A stretch of DNA of 64,000 nt from Trichosphaerium sp. ATCC 40318 (Eukaryota > Protista > Tubulinea). The translations under genes were made by a program, and so were the position numbers. Under the pieces are notes generated by a model. The model saw only the letters and a list, made by a program, of their open reading frames with translations, was not told the DNA's origin and did no database searches. Within the stretch, counting starts at the first letter, position 1, and the number at the start of each line of letters is the position of its first letter. The DNA lies in the NCBI GenBank assembly GCA_038496445.1, contig JALMLS010000334.1, positions 62,001 through 126,000 of the forward strand, read 5' to 3'. Below are positions 46,330 to 59,067 of the stretch, one piece after another.

Positions 46330-46887
46330 TCAATTTGGTTTGTTAGAAGGATCACCTTGCTCTTGATTTTGAGCACCAAGATTTTTTGCAATTTCTTGTA
46401 ACATAGTTTTACCTTGTTCTTTACATTGAGCAGCAATCTTATCACAATCCTCTCTTGGATAACAACAAGTCATTTGGAATGTATCATAAAGAGAAGTACC
46501 ACCACTGAGTATAATTTGTTGAAGTACAGCTGCTGATTTAAAGCGATCATTTTGTACAAAAGAAAGCATCTCAGAAAGGACGATATCGCTTTTTTTAGGG
46601 TTTGTGTTAATATCAGCACTCATAGATGTACCCTCTCCTGCTCCAGGGGTAGGTGTGGTCTTTGGTATATCTGTTAGAGGGTCTGTGTGTCGTCTGACGT
46701 CAATAAATACTACACGCTCTCCAAAAGGCGGCATTGGTGTAGGTTGCGTTAGTACAATGTCTTTTTGACCCTCTGTCGCTTGTTCTGCGTATACTGTTTT
46801 ACGCAGCGATTTTATCCGATCGTTCGCTTTCCTGCCCTTCTGGCTCATGTGTGTTTTGTATATGGCAGCTAAACGCGGAATAGACAT
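46330..46887 (-). CDS. Intronless hypothetical protein (185 aa)
   Basis: Uninterrupted ATG-to-stop ORF. Confidence 0.65.
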   Translation of the reverse strand: MSIPRLAAIYKTHMSQKGRKANDRIKSLRKTVYAEQATEGQKDIVLTQPTPMPPFGERVVFIDVRRHTDPLTDIPKTTPTPGAGEGTSMSADINTNPKKSDIVLSEMLSFVQNDRFKSAAVLQQIILSGGTSLYDTFQMTCCYPREDCDKIAAQCKEQGKTMLQEIAKNLGAQNQEQGDPSNKPN

Positions 46888-47280
46888 GATGAAAAGAAAC
46901 TACCTCTACAACGTATCTAAAACACTATCTAAGCGTAGAATCAATTCTATATGGTTGTGATAATACCAGTACGCGTGAACGAGTGGCTTTGAGTGACTTT
47001 AAGCGGTTTCACAGCGGCGGTCAAATCAATTCCACTAAGGCATCGTTTTGCTAAACTTGATTTGTTTATGTTAGAATATCACGTGGGTAATAAGTTCACG
47101 ACCTTGGAGTATTGCAAAAGTTCTCACTGCTAGTAAAGAACAATACAAGGGTATATAACAGTAGCTGGTTTTGTTTGTTGGGGCCATTTCAACGTTCCGT
47201 GAACATTTTTTTGATCCGTGAGTTTAGGAACTCACAATGTGTCGTATTAAGTTCTGGAAAGTACAAACCTGTAAAAAGCA

Positions 47281-49267
47281 ATGCTGTTGGCAACTACAAG
47301 AGCACGTAATGCTCTTGCAAGAGGAGTGAGAGCGAGAAATTACGCAAACTACGCTAGAATGCAGTACGATTTAAACAACATTTGTCAGTTGATTTAATTA
47401 AATCCTTTTAAGGGTAGCGCCTAAGCAAAAGGACTTATCATTAGGTGAAGAAGAGATATTTTCTGCAAGGAGTGAGTATTTTTCACAGCATTTAACAGCG
47501 TTAACCACTTTTATCGTAGAATCTGCTGTTATTCCACCAACAAGCGCAGCAAGGCGTCGTTGGGGACTTGTAACAGTTCCTAAAGGATCTTCGGTCCTAC
47601 GTGTTTATGCCAATGGAAAGGTATGCTATTGTCGTTTTTTAAGCGTCTTTGTTCATAATAGCGCTATTTGAGGAAGTTTTAATTTTTTTTTTGTGACAGA
47701 TTTTAGTTTTGTTTGACATAATTTTTTTAGATACAACGTCTTGAAGGACCAAAACGTTTTTTTTCGGTTTTCTCCAAGGTCATGAATTTAGAAAACTTTG
47801 TAGCTGATCCATCACAATTCATTCGTGTTGTGAAACGTACTGGTGAGAAGGAATTCATTGAAGGGCCTGCGAATATTTGGTCAGATCCTCTCGAACATGA
47901 AGTATGCTTTTTTTTTCAAAAGATAAGTGTTGTTCCAGTCACCATTACGAGTCCTCTCTTACTAATTTCTCTCAGACAGTTGTTGTATTTGACGGTCTTA
48001 AAATCAATGCCAATAATGCTATTGTTGTTTACAAAAGTAGACCTGGAGGTACGCTATAAAATACTTACTAATTTTTGAAATAACAATCCACAAAAGGTGC
48101 TGTTGAAAGAAGAGTAGTGAGAGGTCCACGTCTACATATGCCAAACATGAATGAATGGATACACAGTTTTGCGTAAGTCTTATAAATGTAACTAAACCTT
48201 ACACTGTGTTATAGATGGCATGGAGCAAACCCTACACGTCCAGAACACAAAATACCTTATGCTTTACGTTTCAATCAACTACACATGTCAAGAAGTCAAA
48301 TGTACTACAATGTACGTTCTATCAAAATACAGGACAGCGTACCTGATTTATTCGAATAATAGGTAGAGCAAGTTAGAACAAAGGATGATGCTCTTGTTAC
48401 CGTAAATCTGATGATATTCTATGAGTTAAAAGATGTTGAACAAATGCTTGATAATACTTGTTAGAACTGTTTTTTTTTTTGGAATCGATGTTCTTGTCTG
48501 TTTTCTAATTGGTATTAGCTGATGTTACTGCGGGTATTATTAATTCTGTAAGTTCTGATGTTGTAGAGTTCGCAATGAGCAAGACGTTTGAAGAGTTTAA
48601 ATTGATTACTGGAGAGCTGAACAAACTTGAAAATTACCCCAACGTATGAGTATAAACATAGCTGAATATTTATCCTCATGCTTACTTAGGCTATTGCACG
48701 AGCTAAGATTATGGGATATGATCTTAGTAAGGTAGTGTTCAGAGGATATATTGCAAATACAGCACTTCAGGAAATGCATGATGATGCTATCGAGAAGAGA
48801 ACGAAATTGAAACTTGACAGAGAAACAGAAGAGCAAGAACAAGATCTTGAAGACTTCAAACTACAAAAAAGCACGTGATATTATTACCCATGCCATGTAA
48901 CGTCTTTGTTTGTTCATTTATTTATAACTTTTTAGACCGTGCACGTGCTGAAAAACAGCATCAAATGGAACAAGAGCAAATGGAGCATGAACAACGTATT
49001 CGCGAACTTGAGCATGCACAAAGTCAGAAGCAAGGTGAAGAGGACATGGAGAGAAGGAGAAAAGATAGAGAAGCAACTCTTGAAATAACAGCAAGGAATA
49101 ATAAGCGTATACAACAACAAGATATTGAGCATTATGAGGAACTAGCAAAGCGTTTCAATCTAAGTATTGCAGATTATCTGATACTTGATAAAACAAGGCC
49201 ACATAAACTAATCAAGATTGACTCAGGAAATCCTGATGTTCACTTGCACGAAGGAGAAGCGAAATAA
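47281..49267 (+). CDS. MVP-like repeat/SPFH (Band 7) protein with coiled coil and possible mitochondrial presequence
   Basis: ..GP.. repeats (LEGPKR, IEGPAN, VRGPRL), VRTKDDALVTV.LMIFYEL, C-terminal coiled coil. Confidence 0.65.
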
Positions 49268-49501
49268 CCTACCAAGATAAACAAAAAACAAACAGATTAA
49301 CACTATGGATATTCATTGGCAGAGATATATATTTTTTTATATGGAGGAAAATTTACATGAATAAACTTTACTAGTTTTATAGCTTATTGTAGTTTCTCGG
49401 TACATGGTTTTTTACCAAATCAGTTCGTACAAGAGCATGTAATTCTAGTTTCAATAACACTTTTTTATTGCTTTGTGGGCTTAAACTTAAGCCAAGTTTT
49501 T

Positions 49502-51262
49502 TTAAAGTAATTTTGTCAGCATGTTTCTTGTTTCAACAGGAAGATCATCAAAGGTGCGAGTAGAGTAGATTAATGATACAAGATGTAACACAGGGTTAGG
49601 AACAATATCTTTAGGTAGAGTTCTATCTTTAGAAATCCTATACCATTGTTTCTAAACAAAGATTAACCTCAAAACACTTGTTCAAAAAAAAAAAAAAGAG
49701 CGAAAAAAAGTCGTTTAAAGATTGACGTTTTGAAATTATGTTGTCCTTTATAATGAAAGTATATTGGCGCGAGTTAAAAGATCATGTGGTGAGAATAAAA
49801 AAAATCATGTGGATGCTTACACAAACACATGCAGCCGCATGTAAATCAGGTAATGCCAAGTTTTTCATAATTCTAAGCGTAATGAAGTCTTCCAATATTC
49901 CTTCTTCATTTCCTGTTACATTAATAAGAGATTCTTGCTCAGTCGTATTGTCATATTGCTCAGCTAGTTTGACTATCACATTGAAGCACTTTTCAACCTA
50001 ACAAAACGAGTTTGTCAACAAAAGCTATGTTGGATGGATAACACGAAAACGCCCTTAAGGTTTGTTGAAACACCTCATAAAATCATTCGTTTTCCTTAAC
50101 TGTTAGGTAGTAAAACGTACTTGTAATGATGTTTCAGTGTATATGTCAGACTCAGATTTGGCTTTAGCATCTGCGGCTGCAATAAGACCTGATATACATC
50201 TACAGTAGTATAAATTGTCTTCGAAAGACAAAATGTTGTTTTCAATGAACTCAGCGCAGCCATTTGCTAAAGCACACATAGCCTAAAAACAACATTAGAT
50301 TCGACTTGGTTTGTGATGATGATATCTCATTTAACGGAATACACATACCTTTGCCCACAAGTTATCATCCTCATCTGGTATATTATTGACAAGGGAAACC
50401 AATGCTCTCCAAGGTTTGACCCAAAATAGTACCATTCTATTAAAAATGTCATACTTGAAATTCGCATCCTTGTTTTTGTTTTTCAATGACGCGTTACATC
50501 GTTTATGGAATGTAATATCTCTTGTAAATAATGGTGCTTTATACATCTAGTAAAACAAAATTAATAGTGTACAATCATAAAAGTCACGTGATTCAGTGTA
50601 TCCAAATGAAAAAAAAATTTTCTTTGCTGAAATTCAAAATCAAAAAAAATTGATTTGCACGTGACGACCATGTAATGGCCTCAACTGATTATTTTTGCGC
50701 TCAAGAATGGTTCAAAGCAAAGAATTTCAGTGTTTGGAGGAGTTTTTAAAAACAAAGCCGTTACCGCTATATACTCGAACAAAAACCCAGCGTTAATAAG
50801 TTCTAGGGCTGAGTTGCATAACCAAGGTGGTGGATTAGCTTTTTGATCGTCTGAAGCATACGAGATGAAGTTTTCGAGGAGCTCAGCTGTAAGAGTCGTT
50901 AACTATATCAAAGTGTGTAGAAACTATGCCCATTGACTAAATAAACGTACTGAGTGCGCTCCACTGCTTGAAAGTTAATATTAGCTTTTCAACGTTTTCC
51001 TTCGCTGCCTGAATGGCCTTGGTATTATTATAGTCTTCGTATAGATACCACTAGAGCTAATATTAGGACAAAAAAGTGTTATAATAGCGAAAACTGTTTG
51101 TACTTCTTTAATTAGTTTGGTAATATCGTCATACGCTCTTAACGTAGGTAAAACATCATTTTTGAGCTTTAATAAGAGTTCATCGGCCTTTTGTATTGGC
51201 TCTATGATTTCTATTGGTTTAGATGTCGGGTCAATTGATATTGTAGTGAGTTGAGTTCCCAT
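49502..51262 (-). CDS. Divergent CYRI/FAM49-like protein
   Basis: MG start, LRAY...IKE, NRMVLFW, C-terminal LIYSTRTFDD resembling FAM49 LRYTTKHLND. Confidence 0.55.
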
Positions 51263-51490
51263 CTCTTTGTTTGGTGCTAATAAATGGCAGATAATAATTT
51301 TAGACTAAAATCGTTCGGCGAATACAAAGAGTGTACTAGTACACTAACACAAAACACTAAACCGGGTTTATCTGTAGTAAAATAACAGCGTGTGAGGTGG
51401 AGACAATGTTGCTATGGGGAGCTAGAGGATTCCAAAAAAAGGCTTTTATTATTGTGTTTGGAAGTTATTTACAGTTTTTTTCTTGTTGCT

Positions 51491-52126
51491 CTACAAAGCA
51501 CCAATTTTGTGAAAATCGTATGCTAGGTTACACATACATAGAATTGTTGCAAGAGAGGTTGCTGGAAATAAAATAATAAGTCATTTATTGCATAGAAAGT
51601 ACTAGTGTAGAAGGAGCTTATCCAGCGGAAAATTAAGTTTTAACTTTTGCAAGAAAAAAAAAACCCTAAAAAAGAGCACACGTGCCTTGGAACGGTTTAC
51701 TAAAGAAGTAACGACGAGCAATAAAAACAAACAAAGCACTACTACACGTCATGATAAGACCTGTTCCAGAGCATCTATCTGAAGCATTTGACGTTGACAT
51801 AAGGTATAAAATACCAATACCTTCAAACAACTAAATAAAACGTTACAAAAAAAAACCATGTCAAATCAGAAAATATGTTGGTGTACCAAGCTCAATGAGT
51901 GTGTGTAGTTAAATCCAATATAAGCACGCCATAGTGGTACGTTTTCTGGTGGTACAGGAAATCTTGCGTTCTTCATTTGCTCAAGCAACCTTTTATCCTT
52001 GTACGGAGCGAAAAAGTGTGGTTCTGAGCTGAATTCATCGTAAATGGTTAAACCTGTGTGTAATGCGCCTAGAGCAACGTAGATTGCGCCAGCACAGCTG
52101 TATCCAATTGTTTCCATTATGCTCAT
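51491..52126 (-). CDS. Small multi-pass membrane protein of a mostly bacterial uncharacterised family (LIC_13387-like)
   Basis: LGALH...LWRAYIGFNYTHSL...RRYFFSKPF. Confidence 0.6.
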
Positions 52127-52422
52127 TGTAGGTTAGTCGGTTGTAGGGCTGTAAACAAGTGATAACTACAATCCTGACTTAAACATGCTCTTCTTTTTAC
52201 CCGACAGCCCGAGCGCCATGAACTCACATAGTACAAAGGTGGACTACCTCATTGTCAACAGAGTCCATGGTTCCATTTAAGACTCAACGGCATTTGAAGG
52301 TCAAAATCATTAAATATTTAATTGGCGTTACCTAGCGAAATAGTGTAATCTAAATAATAGCCTATTACAACCGCAATTTCACAGAATAAGTTAAAACTAA
52401 GTACAAAGGATTATGGTGTCAC

Positions 52423-53508
52423 ACTGATGATATTGTCAAAGCACTTGCTGGCTTGCGTTCAATCGATATTCAGTCTTCCAGGGCAACAGATGAAGCCATC
52501 AAAGGCACTGTCTGGCGTTCATACCATTATTATAAGATTTTGTACTTGTATTACAGACGAAGGTATCAAGGCACTTGCTGGTGCCCACACTATTCTTCTC
52601 GGTTATACAGAAATATTGTCCGTATTATTCAAGTTTGCGACAGGTTTGGCAGAAGTATCAAAGTGTAAGATCTTGCAAGAACTAACAAAACTGACAGATC
52701 TGTAACTTCTGCTAGTTCTTGCAAGTTCTGTCAGATTTTGTCAGTTAGTTCTTGCAAGAACTGACAGCTTTGATAAAAACTTGCAGAACCAGTGCAATGT
52801 GAATGCATCACATTTTATAACTCATGACAACGTACCTTCTTTGTCGTCCTTATGTACATTAAGGCAAGACGAAAAAGCACTGTCAAAGTCACATCATCTA
52901 ACAAGACGAGCTCAGTATTTCACGTAGGGTGCGCTCTCATTACTACTCACCCAGCATAAAAACGAGTGTACAATTAATAATTATTTTCATATTAACTTAC
53001 AACCACGCGCGAATGCTGGCACATTCAGGCGTAAGAGGAGTGTTAACCGCGAGATAAAGTTAAAACCTCAAAGAAAATTCCAAGCGCTTCCAAAGTATCT
53101 TGCGCTGCATGTACGGATAATATAGCGTAATAATCCGTTTTAGAGTATAGGAGACAATCGTTGGACCTTAGAGGTCTCAGAGAATAAGCTAATGTACCAA
53201 ATAAAATAATGATGGTTAAGAACACGTGGTGTCGCAATAAATTTGTACCTGTCCAAGTGGATTTAGTTTGTTCCAGAACTGACAAGATCCGTCAGATCTT
53301 GTAGTTTTTAACAGATCTTGCAAGAACTAACAAGATCTTGTAAGAACTAACAGAAGTTGCAAGATCTGTCAGATCTGACTAAACACGAAAACCAAAAGTC
53401 ACAAACAGCAAAAAGTTGCAAAGATTAGCAAACTTGAATGATACGGACAATAACAGATGAAGGATTAAAAGCTCTTTCTGGTGTACACACTATTGATGTC
53501 CAACATTA
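52423..53508 (+). pseudogene. LRR pseudogene with frameshift, split by a transposon insertion
   Basis: TDDIVKALAG..ATDEAIK/ALSGVHT..ITDEGIKALAGAHTILLGYTEI[insert]TDEGLKALSGVHTID. Confidence 0.85.
52616..53450. mobile_element. Non-autonomous TIR DNA transposon (835 bp) with TA target-site duplication
   Basis: 23-bp TIRs TTGTCCGTATTATTCAAGTTTGC / GCAAACTTGAATGATACGGACAA (1 mismatch); TA at 52614-5 and 53451-2; subterminal TCTTGCAAGA and AACTRACA arrays. Confidence 0.9.
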
Positions 53509-53920
53509 ATAAATTAGTAGGTAGAAACAATTCTGTGGGTTTTTTTTACAACACAAATGAGGTAGTTGGAGATTGGATATCCGCGTGTTATTTTTGTCTT
53601 GGGCTTTTCTCGCCCACCCTGCCCTATGTCATGTAGAGGAGCACATGGTCCTGTTCAACTTAAACAAAGTTGAACCAGTTGTATTGCAATATCAGAACAT
53701 AGTTGTTCGTCACAATCTATTACTTAATGTAAGATTACCCTTCAATAGGTACGTAACTCAGAAGAGGTACACAAGAATGTAACAGGAAACAACAGGGTTA
53801 AAACTACTTGCCAATGGTAGACATATAAGAGCAGTGAGGTATACAACAAATACTGTATCACATCTAATAGCGGAGTAATAAATTGTGGGCAACAAATAAT
53901 GAAAGTGTTTATATGTGGCT

Positions 53921-56900
53921 TTATTTATCAAGTACTTTCATGTCTTTCATATTAATATTCTTTAATTTTTTATCAGCAAGTTCATGTGCATCAACAACCT
54001 CAAACATTGCCAAGAATGTTCTATACTCAATTTCACCATTTTGTTTAGCCATATTGAAAAGAGTCTTTATCTGCATCTCAGATATACCTTTCTTATCTGG
54101 TAATAACTTATTAACTAATTGCATCGCTGCCATAAACTCTTCCTTGTCAAGAGTCTTTGAATTATCAACGTCCATCATATGGAAAATACTGACAATCTAA
54201 ACAACAGATACATTAGTAATGTGGTTATATTCAGAGAGTGGCCTTGGTGAGGAACTTGTGTTGTCGTCCGCACACAAACGAATAAAAAAAAACATGTGCC
54301 TGATTTTTGTGTTTAAACATTGTAACACAAAGTCTTCGAAGTATTTGCATGGACCACTCATCACTCTTTTCATCATTTACATGTAGAGCAGTTCTTTGAA
54401 TAAAAATAAACAAGCAGAAGAGCTTTATCAACTAAACAACGTACTTGAACTCTCTAAGCGAGATATTACCACTATCGTTTGTATCAACATAAGCTGCAAT
54501 CTTCATACGTTGAGCCTTATCATATTTATCTAAAAAAGTACTTTGTATTTAGCTACTAATTAACTACAGTGTTAGTCGTAAGTACCTAGACCAATGCGCT
54601 TAAGTACTAGTGCAAAATCACTAAAAATCCAATAGAGTTAGCAACAAAGTTGCTAGCACGATAACTTACTCATATGAGACACCACCTGTATCAGTTCTAT
54701 CAAATTCTTCATAAATTTCTTTGATACTAAGATCACTATGCTCTTGAGCAAGAACGAGACCCATATCAGTGAGCGCTTGCTCCATCCATTCCTAGTTAAA
54801 GCATTAGTAAAACAATCGCCTTTATCTTACTAACCATATCATCGTCTTGTATGCTCGCATTTGAGAAAGTAACAGAGAACCTAAGAGAAAACTCTTAACA
54901 TCTCAACCCGAAGATTAGGCTTTTTTTAATGGCTTACCTATCGAGGAACTCTTGGTATGAGATTGTACCGGATCTATCAACATCAATGGCGACCATAAGA
55001 TCATACATTTGTTCATGTGATAATCCCAAGTTATATTGCTTTAATACTTCTACAAACTCATTATAGTCAAGCTGTTCATCACCATTCTTATCAATTTCAT
55101 TGAAAGAAAGACGAAGAGAAGTAGTATGAAGTAAGAATTTCTCGCAAATGTGCTTCACCATCTCATCTTCCCAGTCTTTTCTGATAGACCTATAACAGTA
55201 ATATTTAATGGCCCACCTACTAAAGAGGAAAAAAATAAACAATGCTAAGCACCAGTAACGTACTCATTCAAAGAAATTTGGTAACGATCTAAAAAGTCCA
55301 CATAGCAGACAAAGTCATCGTCATGAAGCTTAGCCAAGTACGGTCTCATTAACTTAAAAGCTATATTCAGTTTCAATACAGATTGTAGAGCGTCTTCCCA
55401 TTGTTGTTCAGTAATATAAGCTGAAAGTTCTGGATCATATCTTGAACAAACACTCATTAGAAAAATAATTAAAACAAGTATTTTCTTACTTGCTAAACTC
55501 AACCATAAGTGCATGACGGTTTTGAAAGATACGATCTCTGAGCATCTATGTACAATCATTAATACCGTATAAACAGAAAAATGAAATACCTGTAGTGTAT
55601 CTTGCTTACAAGTTGTCGATACATGAGCTGTATCAAAGACTTCTGCAATATATTGTATAAACTCAGGTTTCAGTCCCTTATCCTTTGCTAAAGCGACCAC
55701 ACATCCCTTATTATCATTTCTGCTGCAGTAATAAGAAGCAGAGAACACAGTTATAAGATTAGCATGAGCGTAATCATAACCTTCTTGTACTTTCTGAAAA
55801 AGAGATAAGTGAGAATAATACAAGAAAAAACTATTTAAATAGCAGCACCTCATGGGATCGGATGACCAGTTCTAGATTGTTTTTCTCCAAGAAATTATTG
55901 GTTATATCACTACCAAAATTGATGCCAGCACCTCTAGAACTTTCAGTCCACCCTTGAAGAAGAAAGAGCCATCAGCATTAAACAAAAAAACCTTTTAAAA
56001 GATACCTTGTATTTCGCGCGGATCACTCCAGATTAGTTGCTCCATAATCCAGTCTCCTCTTACATCAGAGTGCTTAATAACCTTGTGCCTTGGAAGTGCA
56101 TGATCGCTCTTTATTCTAACAGGATATTAGTAAAGAAGAAACATCATAAAACAGCGAAACAAGGGACAAGTTTTTCTTTTAAACTTACTCTTTCTTTATA
56201 TCATCAATCGTCAAGTCACCATATTGTGTAAGTCCACCATGTACAACAAAAATCTTTTTATCAATAACAGCACATACTGGTAATAACTCGAATACTTTGT
56301 GTATCTTCTGATACATTGAATAATCATACGAGTCAACAACTTGCTCTTCAAAATTGTATTTTGCATTCATATGTTTAGCTTCATGATTACCTCTATTCAA
56401 GAAGACATGATCAGGATATAGGACCTTGTAGGCCAGTATCAAGAACAACACTTCTGGGCCATGAGGTCCACGGTCTACAAAGTCACCGTTGAATAGATAC
56501 ATGTTAGTTTTCGAAGGAACACCTAGGCGCTTTCGTTAAGAAACGTCGTAATTCGTCAGGTTTTTTTTCAATTACCTGCACGTTTCAGGATTGTCAGTAA
56601 ATCTGGCAGTTGACCATGTAGATCCCCAACTACCACTATTCTGCCACCCTCAGAGACAGTAATTTCGTTAACGCTACAATTCGCTGCTAAAAAGGCATGT
56701 TTTGCTTGCTTTACAATCTGGTATGCGTAACTACGAGCGTAAGGGTTGGTAAGAGGACGTAAAGCACGTACTAGTAGTGTAATTTTTGTCCTTCTGTAAA
56801 TGCAGTTCTTAATGCTTCCACAGCTTCTGCTGTGAGTACTTCTGGCAGTGTAGGTCCTTTATATCCTGTTAGGACCACTTTATTTTTTCTACATAAGCGT

Positions 56901-57125
56901 TAGCGATTATATTGCGTTTTAATCGTACGCTTTATGCTCCTTATGTTTTCCTTTAATGTCTACGGCAATAGGACCAATATCGGTAATTTCGTTATGCGCC
57001 TCTATTGCAAGGCGCTCTAACGCACTTCGTTAGTATTCTAATTACAACGGTTGTATTTTAAAACCTTCATCCTCATCTAAGCTATCCCACGCCTCTTGCC
57101 ACATTTTTATATCGTCTGTTGTCAT
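53921..57125 (-). CDS. Ser/Thr phosphatase with EF-hands (PPEF/rdgC-like)
   Basis: GDLHGQ, GDFVDRG, NRGNHE, VHGG, FSASYY; multiple EF-hands (DKNGDEQLDYNE, DVDRSGTISYQE). Confidence 0.92.
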
Positions 57126-57406
57126 CGTAAATAAGATCAATGGCGAATACTGAACGCGACTACGGCCAATTTGCCCCGAAACAATTTCTAAATGAATAGA
57201 AAAGGAACAACCTCTTGCTTGTATCTTATTCTCGGCTCAAGCACGTGACTTCCTGATCCTACTCTATAAGGATGTAGTGATAAGCTTGTGTAGTATAGTG
57301 GCCAGATCTCACAAATCTCGATAAAATTGCAAGTCCACTTGAACCCCAAAAAGTCAACAAGTTTAAATCATTCATTATCGCAAAACCGAAACTACGTGCT
57401 TCAACT

Positions 57407-57782
57407 ATGAGCGACGACATGAGCGAATTGTATAGGACAAACAAATGGCCTGATCTATGTTTAGGCGGAGATAACTTGAGTGGTCCTACTTTGAAGGTAT
57501 TGGAGGGCCCGTGGTGTTTAGATGGTGCGTTTGGTGGTATTGTAATACTAAAAACTAACCAAAGAGTTACTAGGTTCATGCAAAGGGTTAATCGACCTTA
57601 AAATAGAAGCAGAAAGCTTTAACTTCGATTATACGGCGACTGTCAAGAAAGATGACTACACAATAACGTTAAAAGGCCACGTACTTCTAAGTTGTGGATT
57701 TATGCATGACGGCACATGGGAGAGCGATAAACCAATAAAAGAGCTTGAAGGATTGACTAAAGGTGGATATCGTGCCTATTAA
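57407..57782 (+). CDS. Small hypothetical protein (2 exons)
   Basis: Phase-1 intron gtgcgt...actag joins two open frames. Confidence 0.5.
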
Positions 57783-57970
57783 AACGAGAAAAAAAAGCAT
57801 GTAAACTAAAAATAAAAAAAACATTTTGTTGTTTCTTGTTCTTGATCAACTGTCAACACTGTGGATACTCCTTATACGACATGAATTTGAGGTCCAGCAT
57901 AATTACTTTGTCATATTTGTACCGAAGTTCTTGGTTGTGGGAGGTGAAACAGTTTGGGAAAATCGATTTG

Positions 57971-58056
57971 AAAATAATTTTTGAAGTGTGGGATTTCGAG
58001 AATCTTTGAGACCTTTTACTCACCTCAAAACCATCCTACACTTCAATTACTATTTT
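57971..58056. repeat. Imperfect inverted repeat / long hairpin
   Basis: AAAATAATTTTTGAAGTGTGGGAT ... ATCCTACACTTCAATTACTATTTT. Confidence 0.7.
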
Positions 58057-58285
58057 GAACATGTATCTAGGATTCTATATTTATAGGAGTAAAAACATTT
58101 TGCGATTGGTTTATGCTGCACCGAGGAAAAGTACCGACAGTCAAAGCAATTTTTCTGAAATTTTGGAATTTCTTCAGTCCTTTCACTTCAACGTTTAATG
58201 ACCGAGTCTCGTAGTCAGAATCAACACGTATTGGAAAGCATGTACTACAATAGTATACAAATTTACATAATATTTATTCGGAGTG

Positions 58286-59067
58286 TCAACCCAGATGTTC
58301 CATGGGAACAAATACAATTTTTTCAAAAGTTGGTTCTCTTTTAACCTTTGGCACACGCCAATACTTATTTATATTTTGGATTCGTTCCCATGGGTTTAGT
58401 GGCTTGTTTTGGGTTGCTTGATTCTTCTTACATTGTTGTGATCTGGAAGGGCACACTGACCCGTAAAATTGATTGTATCGTTTAAAGTCACGTGGCGGTA
58501 GCATAGTGCTGTACGTCGTCAAGTGATGTCTGTGTAGTTGCTGCTTGCGTGTTCTTTGTCTCTTTATTACTCTACCATCCCTATGCTGTGGATACTGTGT
58601 GTGGCATGCGACTAACCTGATGTAAGGTAATTTTAGTGTTTGAGGAAGCCACAAAGGGTTTGCCTTAATCGAAGGTAATCTAAAAAAAAGATAAGCCAAG
58701 ATTTATCTTAAATTGAAAAAAGGGTAGTGTTCAAAACTGGATGGTGTATGTAAAACCAAGTTTCTCCGCAACCGTCGGAAGCGCGTAATACGTATTCCAT
58801 ACGCATTTTGGAGGATCTCGCTATCAAAGTAGTTGTATCTTCGTACCTTTCAGTCATGATACAAGGTAATGCATATCTATCTTCTTGAGGATCTTGTTTT
58901 GCCATGCGTTGAAGTAGAATAAGAGAATATGCAGCGACTGTTTGTCTTGTATCGGGCTTGGTGCATGCGAACTTGGCCCTTGTTCTGTCGTGTAAAGTAT
59001 CACGTGATAAACGCGGTACAATACTATTTCCAGTGTTTACCATAGTTTGAGTGTTGTTGTGATACAT
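58286..59067 (-). CDS. Hypothetical protein (probably two exons)
   Basis: Two adjacent ORFs with a polypyrimidine-AG acceptor at 58680. Confidence 0.4.

Noticed and set aside
50583-50665. Two CACGTG sites flanking an AT-rich spacer, like a yeast point centromere
   Set aside because: Inside an intron, no CDEIII-like element, and the motif is common throughout the window
53043-53285. 80-aa ORF inside the transposon as a transposase
   Set aside because: No DDE or HTH features; too short
54197-54299. Additional possible GC donor (GCACAT) in PPEF
   Set aside because: An in-phase GT lies 6 nt away, so it is ambiguous and not counted
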